A stretch of DNA of 53,854 bases, from NCBI GenBank assembly GCA_034436035.1, contig DAOTVW010000195.1:1-53854 (forward strand), read 5' to 3'. The stretch comes from Anaerolineales bacterium (GTDB lineage: Bacteria; Chloroflexota; Anaerolineae; Anaerolineales; UBA4823). The notes under the pieces were generated by a model. It saw only the letters and a list, made by a program, of their open reading frames with translations, did not search any database and was not told where the DNA came from. The position numbers and the translations under genes were made by a program. Shown piece after piece: positions 27,346-35,832 of the stretch (positions are counted from its first letter, which is position 1; every line of letters begins with the position of its first letter).

Positions 27346-28212
27346 ATGAAAGTTATAAATCGAAATAGAAGCAAACCGAGATATTCAATAATGGATTGGC
27401 TGCCACTTTCACCTTTAATTTTATTTGCCCTCGGTTTCCAACTTATTCCGGTCATTTCTATCATCATATCTAGTTTTAATAGTAAACATGGTTACACACT
27501 TAATAATTATGAACGTGCATTCACACCGATGATTTTGAATGCATTTAAAAACTCAATCCAGCTTTCAACAACCACTGCTACATTGGGTGTAATCATAGGT
27601 GCTTTTGTTGCTTATGCGATTATCTCATCACCCAACAAATTCATTCAGAATTCATTAATTGCGTTAGCAGATGTAACGACTAATTTTGGGGGAGCGCCAT
27701 TAGCCTTTGCTTTTATTATTATCCTTGGATCAACCGGTGTAATAACGATTTTATTAAAAGAAGTGGGAATTAACCTTTACCCGAAATTTCGTATTTATTC
27801 GATATCTGGCTTAACTATCGCTTATCTCTATTTTCAAATTCCATTGATGATCATGTTGATCCTACCATCTCTACTTGGATTAAAAAAAGAATTATGGGAG
27901 GCAGCAATAAATTTAGGGGCAACAACCTTTCAATATTGGTGGTATATTGCACTACCTACTCTTGCCCCTGCTTTATTAAGTAGTTTTTTCATCCTATTTG
28001 TAAATTCTTTTGGCGCTTATGCCACTGCCTGGACATTAACTGGTCCAGATGTCAATCTCATTACGGTTCAGATTGCAGCATTAATTCGTGGTGAGGTTCA
28101 ACTTGAGATTGAGTTGGCTGATGCATTATCGGTAGTGTCCATGTGTATAACATTAATTGGGGTTATTGGATATCTCAGTTTAGCAAGAAGATCCAGGAGA
28201 GCATTATCATGA
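27346..28212 (+). CDS. ABC importer permease, paralogue of 15044-15916
   Basis: Aligns by eye with the first permease (DVTTNFGGAPLAFAFIIILG, YFQIPLMIMLILP, FQYWWYIALP). Start chosen by similarity to the paralogue N-terminus. The ORF extends to TTG 27313. Confidence 0.8.
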   Translation: MKVINRNRSKPRYSIMDWLPLSPLILFALGFQLIPVISIIISSFNSKHGYTLNNYERAFTPMILNAFKNSIQLSTTTATLGVIIGAFVAYAIISSPNKFIQNSLIALADVTTNFGGAPLAFAFIIILGSTGVITILLKEVGINLYPKFRIYSISGLTIAYLYFQIPLMIMLILPSLLGLKKELWEAAINLGATTFQYWWYIALPTLAPALLSSFFILFVNSFGAYATAWTLTGPDVNLITVQIAALIRGEVQLEIELADALSVVSMCITLIGVIGYLSLARRSRRALS

Positions 28213-29021
28213 GAATGCACCCTCTATTAAGGTCAACTATCCTGTTAATTTTTATTGCTTTTATGATCATCCCAGTAATTGCAACAATGGTGTTTTCTAT
28301 TTCTACGCGTTGGGATCGTTCTATATTGCCAGAAGGGTTAACTTTTGAGTGGTGGCAAAAAGTAACTTCTAATCCTGCATTTAAAATGACCTTACGGAAT
28401 TCCTTCTATCTTTCCTTTGGAACTGCCATTGCACTGGTTTTATTAGTAACTCCAAGCGCTTATTGGGCTCATATTCGAGTGCAAAAAAGTAAGGCGATCT
28501 TTGAGATCATGTCAGCATTATCATTTGGCATACCCGGTGTCATACTAGCGCTATCATTAATCCGCTTTTATTCAAATATCCCAATTCCTTTAGTAAATAC
28601 ACCAAATATCCTATTGTTGGCTTGTATGGAATTAAGCTTTCCTTTCATGTATCGTCCGATAGCAAATGCTTTGGATAGTATCAATCTTAAAACTCTTACG
28701 GAAGCCTCGATGAGTCTAGGCAGTAATTGGATACAGACACTATGGTATGTAATATTGCCGAATATCATGCCAGGCGTATTAAGCGGTTTCCTATTAGTCT
28801 TTTCCACTGTTTTTGCTGAGTTCACGTTGACAAATTTATTAGTTGGTGCTCGATTTAAAACTTTTCCGATTTATCTTGTTGAATTCACTCGTTTTGATGG
28901 ACGTCAAGCGAGTGCTTTAGCAACCATTAGTTTTGTCGTTGCATGGATTGTCTCGCTATTAATTTTATGGATAAGTGGAAGAAAAGCGGTATCAGCAGGA
29001 GGTGCAGTTGTTGTACATTAA
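28209..29021 (+). CDS. ABC importer permease, paralogue of 15931-16752
   Basis: STRWDRSILPEGLTF, FPFMYRPIANAL and VFAEFTLTNLLVGARFKTFP match the first copy. The ATG overlaps the upstream stop (ATGA). Confidence 0.85.
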   Translation: MRMHPLLRSTILLIFIAFMIIPVIATMVFSISTRWDRSILPEGLTFEWWQKVTSNPAFKMTLRNSFYLSFGTAIALVLLVTPSAYWAHIRVQKSKAIFEIMSALSFGIPGVILALSLIRFYSNIPIPLVNTPNILLLACMELSFPFMYRPIANALDSINLKTLTEASMSLGSNWIQTLWYVILPNIMPGVLSGFLLVFSTVFAEFTLTNLLVGARFKTFPIYLVEFTRFDGRQASALATISFVVAWIVSLLILWISGRKAVSAGGAVVVH

Positions 29022-29149
29022 ATCTTTATCATGAAGATTTGAATGAAATGACTGTTTCATGTTTGTGCTTTTCAAAAAGAAAGGAGTAAAAAAATAAATT
29101 AATCATAAACCTATCCCAATCCTATCAAAATTTTAGAACGGAGGAAAAA

Positions 29150-30331
29150 ATGAAGAAAATAATTTCCACAATAATGATTCTATTTTTAGTAGGTTTACTT
29201 ATTGCAGGATGTAAACCTGCACAGGTGACCGAAGCCCCAAAAACCGAAGCTGCAATTACTGAAGCTCCAGTTACGGAAGCCCCAAAAACTGAAGCAGTAA
29301 TGACTGAAGCTCCAGTTACGGAAGCCCCAAAAACCGAAGCAGCCGGTTCAGAGTTGGAAATGCGGATTGAAGCGGCTAAAAAAGAAGGACAGATCGTAAG
29401 TTATGGAATGTCGGATGACTGGGTTAATTTAGGAAATATTTGGAAAACAATTCAAGACCGTTATGGTGTAGTCCATACTGATGTAGATATGACCAGTGCG
29501 GAACAAATAACGCACCTGCTGGCAGAGAAAAATGCTCCAGTTATGGATGTTGCCGACATTGGGTTTGATTCTCTAGGCTTACTCCTTGAGAATGATCTTG
29601 CGATGGAATATAAAAACGCTTACTATGATAAAATCCCAGAAAATTTCAAAGATCCACAAGGCCGATGGGCGATTGGGTATTGGGGAGCAATCGCATTCTT
29701 AGTCAACAAAGACCTTGTTCCGAATCCTCCAAAAACCTGGGATGATTTACTAAAACCAGAATATCTGGATAAAATATGCAGTCGCGACCCTCGTGTATCC
29801 ACTTACGCTACTGGTTCTGTTTTAGCTGCTGCGTACGCCCATGGAGGTGGAGAAAGTAACGTTCAACCGGGCTTGGATTTCTTCAAGAAATTAAAAGATT
29901 CTAAGAACTGGCGAGAGGGTGTTGTATTGAATGTCGCAGCAGTACAAAAAGGTGAATGCCCGATATCCATCGTGTATGATTTTGATGGATTCAATAAACG
30001 CGATGCAACTGGTCTCCCATTAGAGGTTATCATCCCCGAAGATGCAACCGTGGGGATGTTATTCGCTCAATATATCAATAAGGTAGCACCGCATCCCAAC
30101 GCTGCCAAATTGGCTATTGATTTCTTTTACTCAGATGAAGGCCAGATTATGTTTGCTCAAGGGTATGCTCATCCTGGAAGAAGTGATGTTACGCTTCCTT
30201 CAGATGTAGCGAGTAAAATACTACCACAATCCGCCTACAAAAACATCTATTTCCCTTCTAATCTCGAAAACTTCTCGAAGGCAATTAAACAAATCAAAGA
30301 TGGATGGGAAGCGATTGTTGGCGGATCATAA
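29150..30331 (+). CDS. ABC importer substrate-binding lipoprotein, paralogue of 19423-20592
   Basis: Lipobox IAGC, TEAP-repeat linker, conserved blocks EAAKKEG, GRWAIGYWGAIAF, NVQPGLDFFKK, QKGECP and APHPNAAKL. SD GGAGGA upstream. Confidence 0.85.
   Translation: MKKIISTIMILFLVGLLIAGCKPAQVTEAPKTEAAITEAPVTEAPKTEAVMTEAPVTEAPKTEAAGSELEMRIEAAKKEGQIVSYGMSDDWVNLGNIWKTIQDRYGVVHTDVDMTSAEQITHLLAEKNAPVMDVADIGFDSLGLLLENDLAMEYKNAYYDKIPENFKDPQGRWAIGYWGAIAFLVNKDLVPNPPKTWDDLLKPEYLDKICSRDPRVSTYATGSVLAAAYAHGGGESNVQPGLDFFKKLKDSKNWREGVVLNVAAVQKGECPISIVYDFDGFNKRDATGLPLEVIIPEDATVGMLFAQYINKVAPHPNAAKLAIDFFYSDEGQIMFAQGYAHPGRSDVTLPSDVASKILPQSAYKNIYFPSNLENFSKAIKQIKDGWEAIVGGS
29228..29344 (+). repeat. In-frame 45-bp tandem repeat (2.6 copies) encoding the TEAPKTEAxxTEAPV linker
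   Basis: Direct reading gives TEAPKTEAAITEAPV TEAPKTEAVMTEAPV TEAPKTEAA. Confidence 0.8.
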
Positions 30332-30355
30332 TTAATAATTTCTTTAACTTGAATA

Positions 30356-30385
30356 ATCTGGGGTGGCAGAGTTGTCGCCCCAGAT
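30356..30385 (+). promoter_or_regulatory. Stem-loop downstream of the second SBP gene
   Basis: ATCTGGGG (30356-30363) pairs with CCCCAGAT (30378-30385), with extra inner pairs. No T tract follows. Confidence 0.4.
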
Positions 30386-30418
30386 GTACATTAATGATAC
30401 CTTCACAAGGAGTCGAAC

Positions 30419-31888
30419 TTGAATAATGACCAATATGCTCCATTAAAAGATTTACCTGATACACAGCGATTCATCCGGCAAGTCCTTCAATTGCGCAAGG
30501 AGGGTGGCTATTTTGATCCAACTCAGCGCATATTTATCAATCGCACTCCGGGCCGTTTGGATTTATTAGGAGGCAATGACGATTACACCGGTGGATTGGT
30601 TTTCGAAACGACAATACAGGAAGCAACCCATGTTGCGGTGCAGGCACGCCAAGATAAACGCATTATCCTCTATAACCCGGCTGTAAAATCATTAGGTTGG
30701 GAAGATTTTGTTGAATTTTCATTGAACGACCTGCAATCTGGAACTGGGATAAAACCTCTTCAAAGCGTGCGAGCATGGATTTACCAAAAACCTGAGCGGG
30801 CATGGAGCGCTTACATCATCGGGGTTCTGTATTTTTTACTGAAAGAATTCCCTGCAAAATTCACTAACGGATTCACTCTTTATCTTGAATCCGATGTCCC
30901 GATCGGCAAAGGTGTCAGTTCCTCTGCTGCTTTAGAAGTCTCCGCCATGAAAGCTATTGCCCATATCTATGGTATTCAAGTTCAGGGTATCGAACTTGCT
31001 AGTTGGACACAATGGGTCGAAATAGCTTTGACTGATTCGGCGTGTGGGATAATGGATCAACTGGCAGTCACGATGGGAGATCGGGATCAGTTTTTGCCGA
31101 TATTATGTCAACCAAGCACGCCATATCCTCTGGTACGGCTGCCAGATCGTTTACGGGTTTGGGGAATCGACTCAGGAATAAAGCATGCGATATCTGGGAT
31201 TGAATACGAGGTGGCGCGGGCAGCGACTTTTATGGGATATCGTTATCTTATCAATTGGGAAGGATTGCCAATCCAAAAAGTGGAAAGTGGTCCTTTACAA
31301 CGCTATACCGATCCGTTGTGGAATGGCTACCTGGCGAATCTCTCTCCATCTTTATTTCGCAATCGTTACGAGGCAAGGTTGCCAGAATATATCTATGGAA
31401 AAGAGTTTTTAGCTTATTTTCCTGATCATGCTGATCCATATACTCCTCTCCGCCCAGAAGTGCTATATCCGGTACGTGCAGCAACACGGTATGCTGTGGA
31501 AGAGAATTGGCGGGTGCATTGTTTCTATAACATAATTGCCACTGCATCAGATATCACCGCGGAAGTGGGAAATTTACTTGGAGAACTCATGTATCTCTGC
31601 CATGAGGGATATTCTCAATGCGGATTAGGTACTTCGGCGACTGATCAAATTGTCGATTTGGTCAGAGAAGAAAAAGAAAATGGGTTAATCGGGGCAAAAA
31701 TCACCGGCGGTGGAGCTGGGGGGACGGTGGCGATACTAGGGTATAACACCCCCTCTGCAGAAGCGGCGTTCCAACGAGTTGTGCAAAAATATGGCGAATG
31801 GAGTCAAAATCCTCCTTATGTTTTTGAGGGATCGTCCCCTGGAAGCGATGCCTTCGGCATCTATGAAATAAAACCAGAGCAGCTATAA
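30419..31888 (+). CDS. GHMP-family sugar kinase (galactokinase/L-arabinokinase-like anomeric kinase)
   Basis: 489 aa. GRLDLLGGNDDYTGG (galactokinase-type motif I) and PIGKGVSSSAALEV (GHMP motif II). TTG start with SD CAAGGAG upstream. Confidence 0.8.
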   Translation: MNNDQYAPLKDLPDTQRFIRQVLQLRKEGGYFDPTQRIFINRTPGRLDLLGGNDDYTGGLVFETTIQEATHVAVQARQDKRIILYNPAVKSLGWEDFVEFSLNDLQSGTGIKPLQSVRAWIYQKPERAWSAYIIGVLYFLLKEFPAKFTNGFTLYLESDVPIGKGVSSSAALEVSAMKAIAHIYGIQVQGIELASWTQWVEIALTDSACGIMDQLAVTMGDRDQFLPILCQPSTPYPLVRLPDRLRVWGIDSGIKHAISGIEYEVARAATFMGYRYLINWEGLPIQKVESGPLQRYTDPLWNGYLANLSPSLFRNRYEARLPEYIYGKEFLAYFPDHADPYTPLRPEVLYPVRAATRYAVEENWRVHCFYNIIATASDITAEVGNLLGELMYLCHEGYSQCGLGTSATDQIVDLVREEKENGLIGAKITGGGAGGTVAILGYNTPSAEAAFQRVVQKYGEWSQNPPYVFEGSSPGSDAFGIYEIKPEQL

Positions 31889-31999
31889 AGGATTTCGTTT
31901 TCCTTAGCGAAAAAATATTACCCTTTTGGGATGCTTTTTTTCAACCTATAAAATATAATATTTTTGTATCCCAGCATTGCATTGTGGATGCGCACAGCT

Positions 32000-33412
32000 A
32001 TGCGAGCTTTTTGTGTATTCGAACCAGAGGAAATAGAATCAATCCACCACGCCACCTTGAGAGTCTTGATGGAATGTGGCGTCATTCTCACCCATCCGGG
32101 CGGCAGGCAACTCTTACAAGAGCATGGCGCGATTGTTGCTGACCGATTTGTTCGCCTCCCGCCTGAGATGATCGAGAGAGCCATCTCTACTGCCAGCGGG
32201 AAAGTTACTCTGCGCGGTCGAAACGGCGTCATCCAAACACTTGGTGATGGTCATCTTCACTGGCACAATCTCGGTGGCGCACGCGAGATTTATGACCATC
32301 GTATCAAACAGCGCCGCCCAGCTGTAATCCAAGATTTAACTGACGCCACCCGATTGTTGGATGCGATAGAAAGCGCCACCACGGTGACGCCGCTTTTTAC
32401 GCCAACCGATGTGCCTGGTTCGCTGATGTCTCTGGCAATGTACCGCCATACTTTGCCGTGTACAACCAAACCAGTGCAGGGTCCGGGTGTCCAAAATGCA
32501 ACAGAAGTTACATATGCGATCCGCATGGCAGAGGTGCTTGGCCCACCAAAACAAATGCTTTCGCTCAGTGTATCGCCAGTGAGCCCGTTAACCTTTCCGG
32601 ATGATGCTGTAGAAGCGATCATTGCTATAGCCCGGAATGGTATCCCTTTCGCTCCATTGCCATGTCCTACCGCTGGTACAACCGCTCCTTTCACGTTAGC
32701 TGGTGCTTTGGTGCAGCAAAATGCGGAAGTCCTGGCTAGCCTGGTATTAGCGCAATGTGTTCAGCCTGGATTACCGATTGTTTATTGTGGGCGGTTAGCG
32801 ATGATGGAACCGCGCACCGCCATCTCCGTTTGGGGCGGGGTGGAACTAGGGCTTGTCTCCGCCGCCACTGTTCAAATCGGACACCGTTATAGGCTGCCAG
32901 TGAATGTATATGGTTTTTCCACCAATGCGCATAGCTTCGACCTGCAAAATGGTTATGAGCGCGCCATCAATGCCATATTACCGGCTTTGGCTGGGGCTGA
33001 TGAGCTTTCCGGCATTGGAGAAATGGAAGCTGGCGTAAGCAGTTCCCTCGCCCAAATCGTCGTAGATGATGAAATAGCTGCCAGTGTTCAGCGGGCACGG
33101 GCGGGTATCGCCGCTGATGAAAATTCGCTGGCGGTGGAAGTAATCCTCTCGGTTATGAAAGGCTCTCATAATTTCCTGGCTCAAAAACACACTCGCGAAG
33201 CCATGCGCAGGGGTGAAATCCTGTTCACCAAATTGGCTGATCGAAACCCTTGGGAAGTATGGGAGAGGGAGGGAAAGCTGGAGTTAGCTGATAGGGCAAT
33301 GGCTCGCGTCGAGCAGATACTGACAACGCAGCCTGTCACTCCATTAGATATCGATCAGGAAAGAACCCTCGATGAAATCCTGAACGCTGCCCAGCGTGAG
33401 TTGGAAAATTAA
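32000..33412 (+). CDS. MttB-superfamily methyltransferase homologue (non-pyrrolysine type)
   Basis: About 470 aa with MttB-like length and N-terminus (EEIESIHHATLRVLMECGV). Uninterrupted frame with no internal TAG. Possible starts at 31964, 31988 or 32000. Confidence 0.65.
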   Translation: MRAFCVFEPEEIESIHHATLRVLMECGVILTHPGGRQLLQEHGAIVADRFVRLPPEMIERAISTASGKVTLRGRNGVIQTLGDGHLHWHNLGGAREIYDHRIKQRRPAVIQDLTDATRLLDAIESATTVTPLFTPTDVPGSLMSLAMYRHTLPCTTKPVQGPGVQNATEVTYAIRMAEVLGPPKQMLSLSVSPVSPLTFPDDAVEAIIAIARNGIPFAPLPCPTAGTTAPFTLAGALVQQNAEVLASLVLAQCVQPGLPIVYCGRLAMMEPRTAISVWGGVELGLVSAATVQIGHRYRLPVNVYGFSTNAHSFDLQNGYERAINAILPALAGADELSGIGEMEAGVSSSLAQIVVDDEIAASVQRARAGIAADENSLAVEVILSVMKGSHNFLAQKHTREAMRRGEILFTKLADRNPWEVWEREGKLELADRAMARVEQILTTQPVTPLDIDQERTLDEILNAAQRELEN

Positions 33413-33499
33413 ATCTTTTCAGACTGATTCTTGAGCCCCGTTTAAATTGACGAATAAGGGGGTTTGGCATATGATTAATGAAAAACCCGGGAGGGAATC

Positions 33500-33973
33500 A
33501 TGGCAAAGAAAAATACCTCTAAAAAATCTTCATCGAAACAGCATGTCCGCAAAGCAAAGCAATCCTCCCTGTTAACCTGGATTGTGTTGGGGGCACTGGC
33601 GGTTCTCGTCGTATTCGGTATTGTCCAGCAATTTTCTCACTCAACGGTGCGCAATATTACCGTGCCCGAAATTACTGCGCAAGAAGCCTACCAGAAATAT
33701 CAAGCAGGGGCATTAATCCTGGATGTACGCACCCCAGAAGAATGGGCGCAGGGTCATATTCCCAATGCAATCTTGATCCCATTGGATGAGCTGGAGAACC
33801 GATTGAATGAACTTCCTAAAGACCGGGAAATCGTGGTCATTTGTCACACCGGAAATCGCAGCCGCGAAGGCGCGGTGCTATTGTTAAAGGCTGGATTTAC
33901 CAAGGTCAGTACGGTCGTTGGCGGGATGAATAACTGGCAAGCAGCGGGATACCCGCTGGTGAATGGGGAATAG
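33500..33973 (+). CDS. Membrane-anchored single-domain rhodanese sulfurtransferase
   Basis: 157 aa. Lys-rich N-terminus, one TM helix, active-site loop CHTGNRS. SD GGGAGGGA upstream. Confidence 0.85.
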   Translation: MAKKNTSKKSSSKQHVRKAKQSSLLTWIVLGALAVLVVFGIVQQFSHSTVRNITVPEITAQEAYQKYQAGALILDVRTPEEWAQGHIPNAILIPLDELENRLNELPKDREIVVICHTGNRSREGAVLLLKAGFTKVSTVVGGMNNWQAAGYPLVNGE

Positions 33974-34172
33974 GAAATATCCTCTTACTTCAATTAGAAC
34001 GAAGGGAATCCTAAATCAAAAATACTCATTGCGAATAAACCTTGCTGAATGAGATAAATTAATGCATTTGTTCTTTACCAAACATAAAAATAGGTATTAT
34101 AATATTAACAAACGTTAAAATTATTAATTCATTTAACACTTATTCAATCATTTCTCGCCAGCAGGAGGAATT

Positions 34173-35120
34173 GTGCTAAATCGTTTTCGTGGTTGTCTCT
34201 TGGGTTTAGCTTGTGGCGATGCGGTAGGGTCTGCAGTGGAATTCAAAAAACCGGGTAGTTTTGAGCCCTTGATAGATATGGAGGGCGGTGGACCATTTAA
34301 CCTCCGTCCTGGAGATTGGACCGATGATACTTCGATGGCGCTGTGTCTGGCAACCAGTTTACTCGAGAAAAAGGGGTTTGATCCATTGGATCAAATGAAA
34401 CGCTATTGTCGCTGGCAAGAAGAGGGTTATCTGAGCAGCACAGGCGTCTGTTTTGATATTGGGTTTACTACGGCAGCGGCTCTGCAGCATTTTCGGGAAA
34501 CCGGCGATCCTTTTTGTGGTTCAACCGATCCATTTACTGCGGGAAATGGTTCTCTGATGCGTTTGGCGCCGGTGGCGATGTTCTATATGGAAAACCTTAA
34601 ATTAGTTGCGCATTATTCCGCTGAAAGTTCGCGCACCACCCACGCAAGTTTGGAAGCTGTGGATGCTTGCCGTTTGTTTGGGGTGATGTTAGCATTGGCA
34701 TTGCGCGGAGCGACCAAAGATGTGATCTTGTTTAGCGGTCATCTCCCGATCTTCCAAAGGCGGCGCTTAGCTGATTCGATTGCAGCGATTGCCAGCGGAA
34801 GTTATGTAAAAAAGTCGGAAAAGCAAATCATTGCCAAAGGATATGTGGTCAACACATTAGAAGCTGCTTTATGGAGTTTTTGGAAAACCAATACCTTTCG
34901 CGATGCTATTCTCTGTGCAGCGAACCTCGGTTATGATGCGGATACGACTGCCAGCGTTTGCGGGCAGATCGCCGGTGCATTTTATGGAGCGGAAAAAATT
35001 CCCAAAGGCTGGCTAACCCGTTTGGCAATGGCGGATGAAATCCGAGCGATAGCGGATAAATTATTCGAAGAACGTTGGCATGAGGAGAAACTAGCACTTG
35101 AGCAACACGAGATAGAATGA
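34173..35120 (+). CDS. ADP-ribosylglycohydrolase family protein
   Basis: 315 aa. GDAVGSAVEF, GDWTDDTSMAL and YDADTTASVCGQIAGAFYG motifs. GTG start with SD AGGAGGA upstream. Confidence 0.85.
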   Translation: MLNRFRGCLLGLACGDAVGSAVEFKKPGSFEPLIDMEGGGPFNLRPGDWTDDTSMALCLATSLLEKKGFDPLDQMKRYCRWQEEGYLSSTGVCFDIGFTTAAALQHFRETGDPFCGSTDPFTAGNGSLMRLAPVAMFYMENLKLVAHYSAESSRTTHASLEAVDACRLFGVMLALALRGATKDVILFSGHLPIFQRRRLADSIAAIASGSYVKKSEKQIIAKGYVVNTLEAALWSFWKTNTFRDAILCAANLGYDADTTASVCGQIAGAFYGAEKIPKGWLTRLAMADEIRAIADKLFEERWHEEKLALEQHEIE

Positions 35121-35133
35121 GGGGAAAAGATTT

Positions 35134-35415
35134 ATGGAAATTTTATTCGGATTAGCCCTTTTTGGATGTTATATATATTATATAATTAAGCACAAAGAAA
35201 TAGACGAACAGATGCATTTGCGGGAAGAAGAAACTCGCCGGAAGAGAGAAGCTTTTTTGCGATGGTATGAAACCTTACCAGATGAGCAAAAGTATTTGGT
35301 AGACCAGCAATTGGCGCAAGCAAATTCAGCACGGGCGATGCAAGCATTAATGGGTTTGTACTTGATGAATAATATCATGTCTCACGATCATCATAAAAAT
35401 TTTCCATTTCAATAA
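35134..35415 (+). CDS. Small hypothetical membrane protein (93 aa)
   Basis: One N-terminal hydrophobic helix and a charged coiled segment. Lies 13 nt after the ARH gene. No recognisable motif. Confidence 0.4.
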   Translation: MEILFGLALFGCYIYYIIKHKEIDEQMHLREEETRRKREAFLRWYETLPDEQKYLVDQQLAQANSARAMQALMGLYLMNNIMSHDHHKNFPFQ

Positions 35416-35416
35416 A

Positions 35417-35830
35417 TCACGTGTGGATGATGATGTTGCCGTTGCTGGTGGTTTCGACGGATAAACGGTTGAGCGGTTTTTCTGCCGGACCATGCAAGAC
35501 TTTCCCGTTTTGATCAAATTTAGATCCATGGCAGGGACAGGCAAATTGGCTGTCTTGGGCTGCTACGGTGCAACCTAAATGAGTGCAGATCAGGCTTATG
35601 GCGATGAATCCATTCGCGGTGTGATAAAGCACAGCTGGAATATCGCTTAAAATAGTTCGTGAACCGATGGGGTAATTACTGGAGGGTCCGATATCAAAGT
35701 CGTGTTTAGAAGTTGCCGGTCCACTGTAATTCAGAAATCGAACAATCATACCCAAACCAAGCAATCCTGCAATGGAAAGGATCGCTTGAGAAATTAATCG
35801 TAGAAAATCACGTCGGGTAAGTTTATTCAT
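35417..35830 (-). CDS. Rieske [2Fe-2S] protein with Tat signal
   Basis: TRRDFLRL twin-arginine motif, and CTHLGC...CPCHGS cluster boxes. The ATG at 35830 lies 2 nt after the multihaem gene stop. Confidence 0.9.
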   Translation of the reverse strand: MNKLTRRDFLRLISQAILSIAGLLGLGMIVRFLNYSGPATSKHDFDIGPSSNYPIGSRTILSDIPAVLYHTANGFIAISLICTHLGCTVAAQDSQFACPCHGSKFDQNGKVLHGPAEKPLNRLSVETTSNGNIIIHT

Positions 35831-35832
35831 TG

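Noticed and set aside
29228-29344. Tandem repeats considered as a possible CRISPR or non-coding satellite
   Set aside because: The repeats are in frame inside the SBP genes and have no unique spacers. They encode a TEAP linker.
31964-33412. Pyrrolysine-encoding trimethylamine methyltransferase
   Set aside because: There is no in-frame TAG in the ORF and no pyl genes in the window.
34173-35415. ADP-ribosylglycohydrolase plus a small membrane protein as a toxin-antitoxin or defence pair
   Set aside because: No ADP-ribosyltransferase or other toxin-like partner is present. The small ORF has no recognisable toxin features, and adjacency alone is insufficient.
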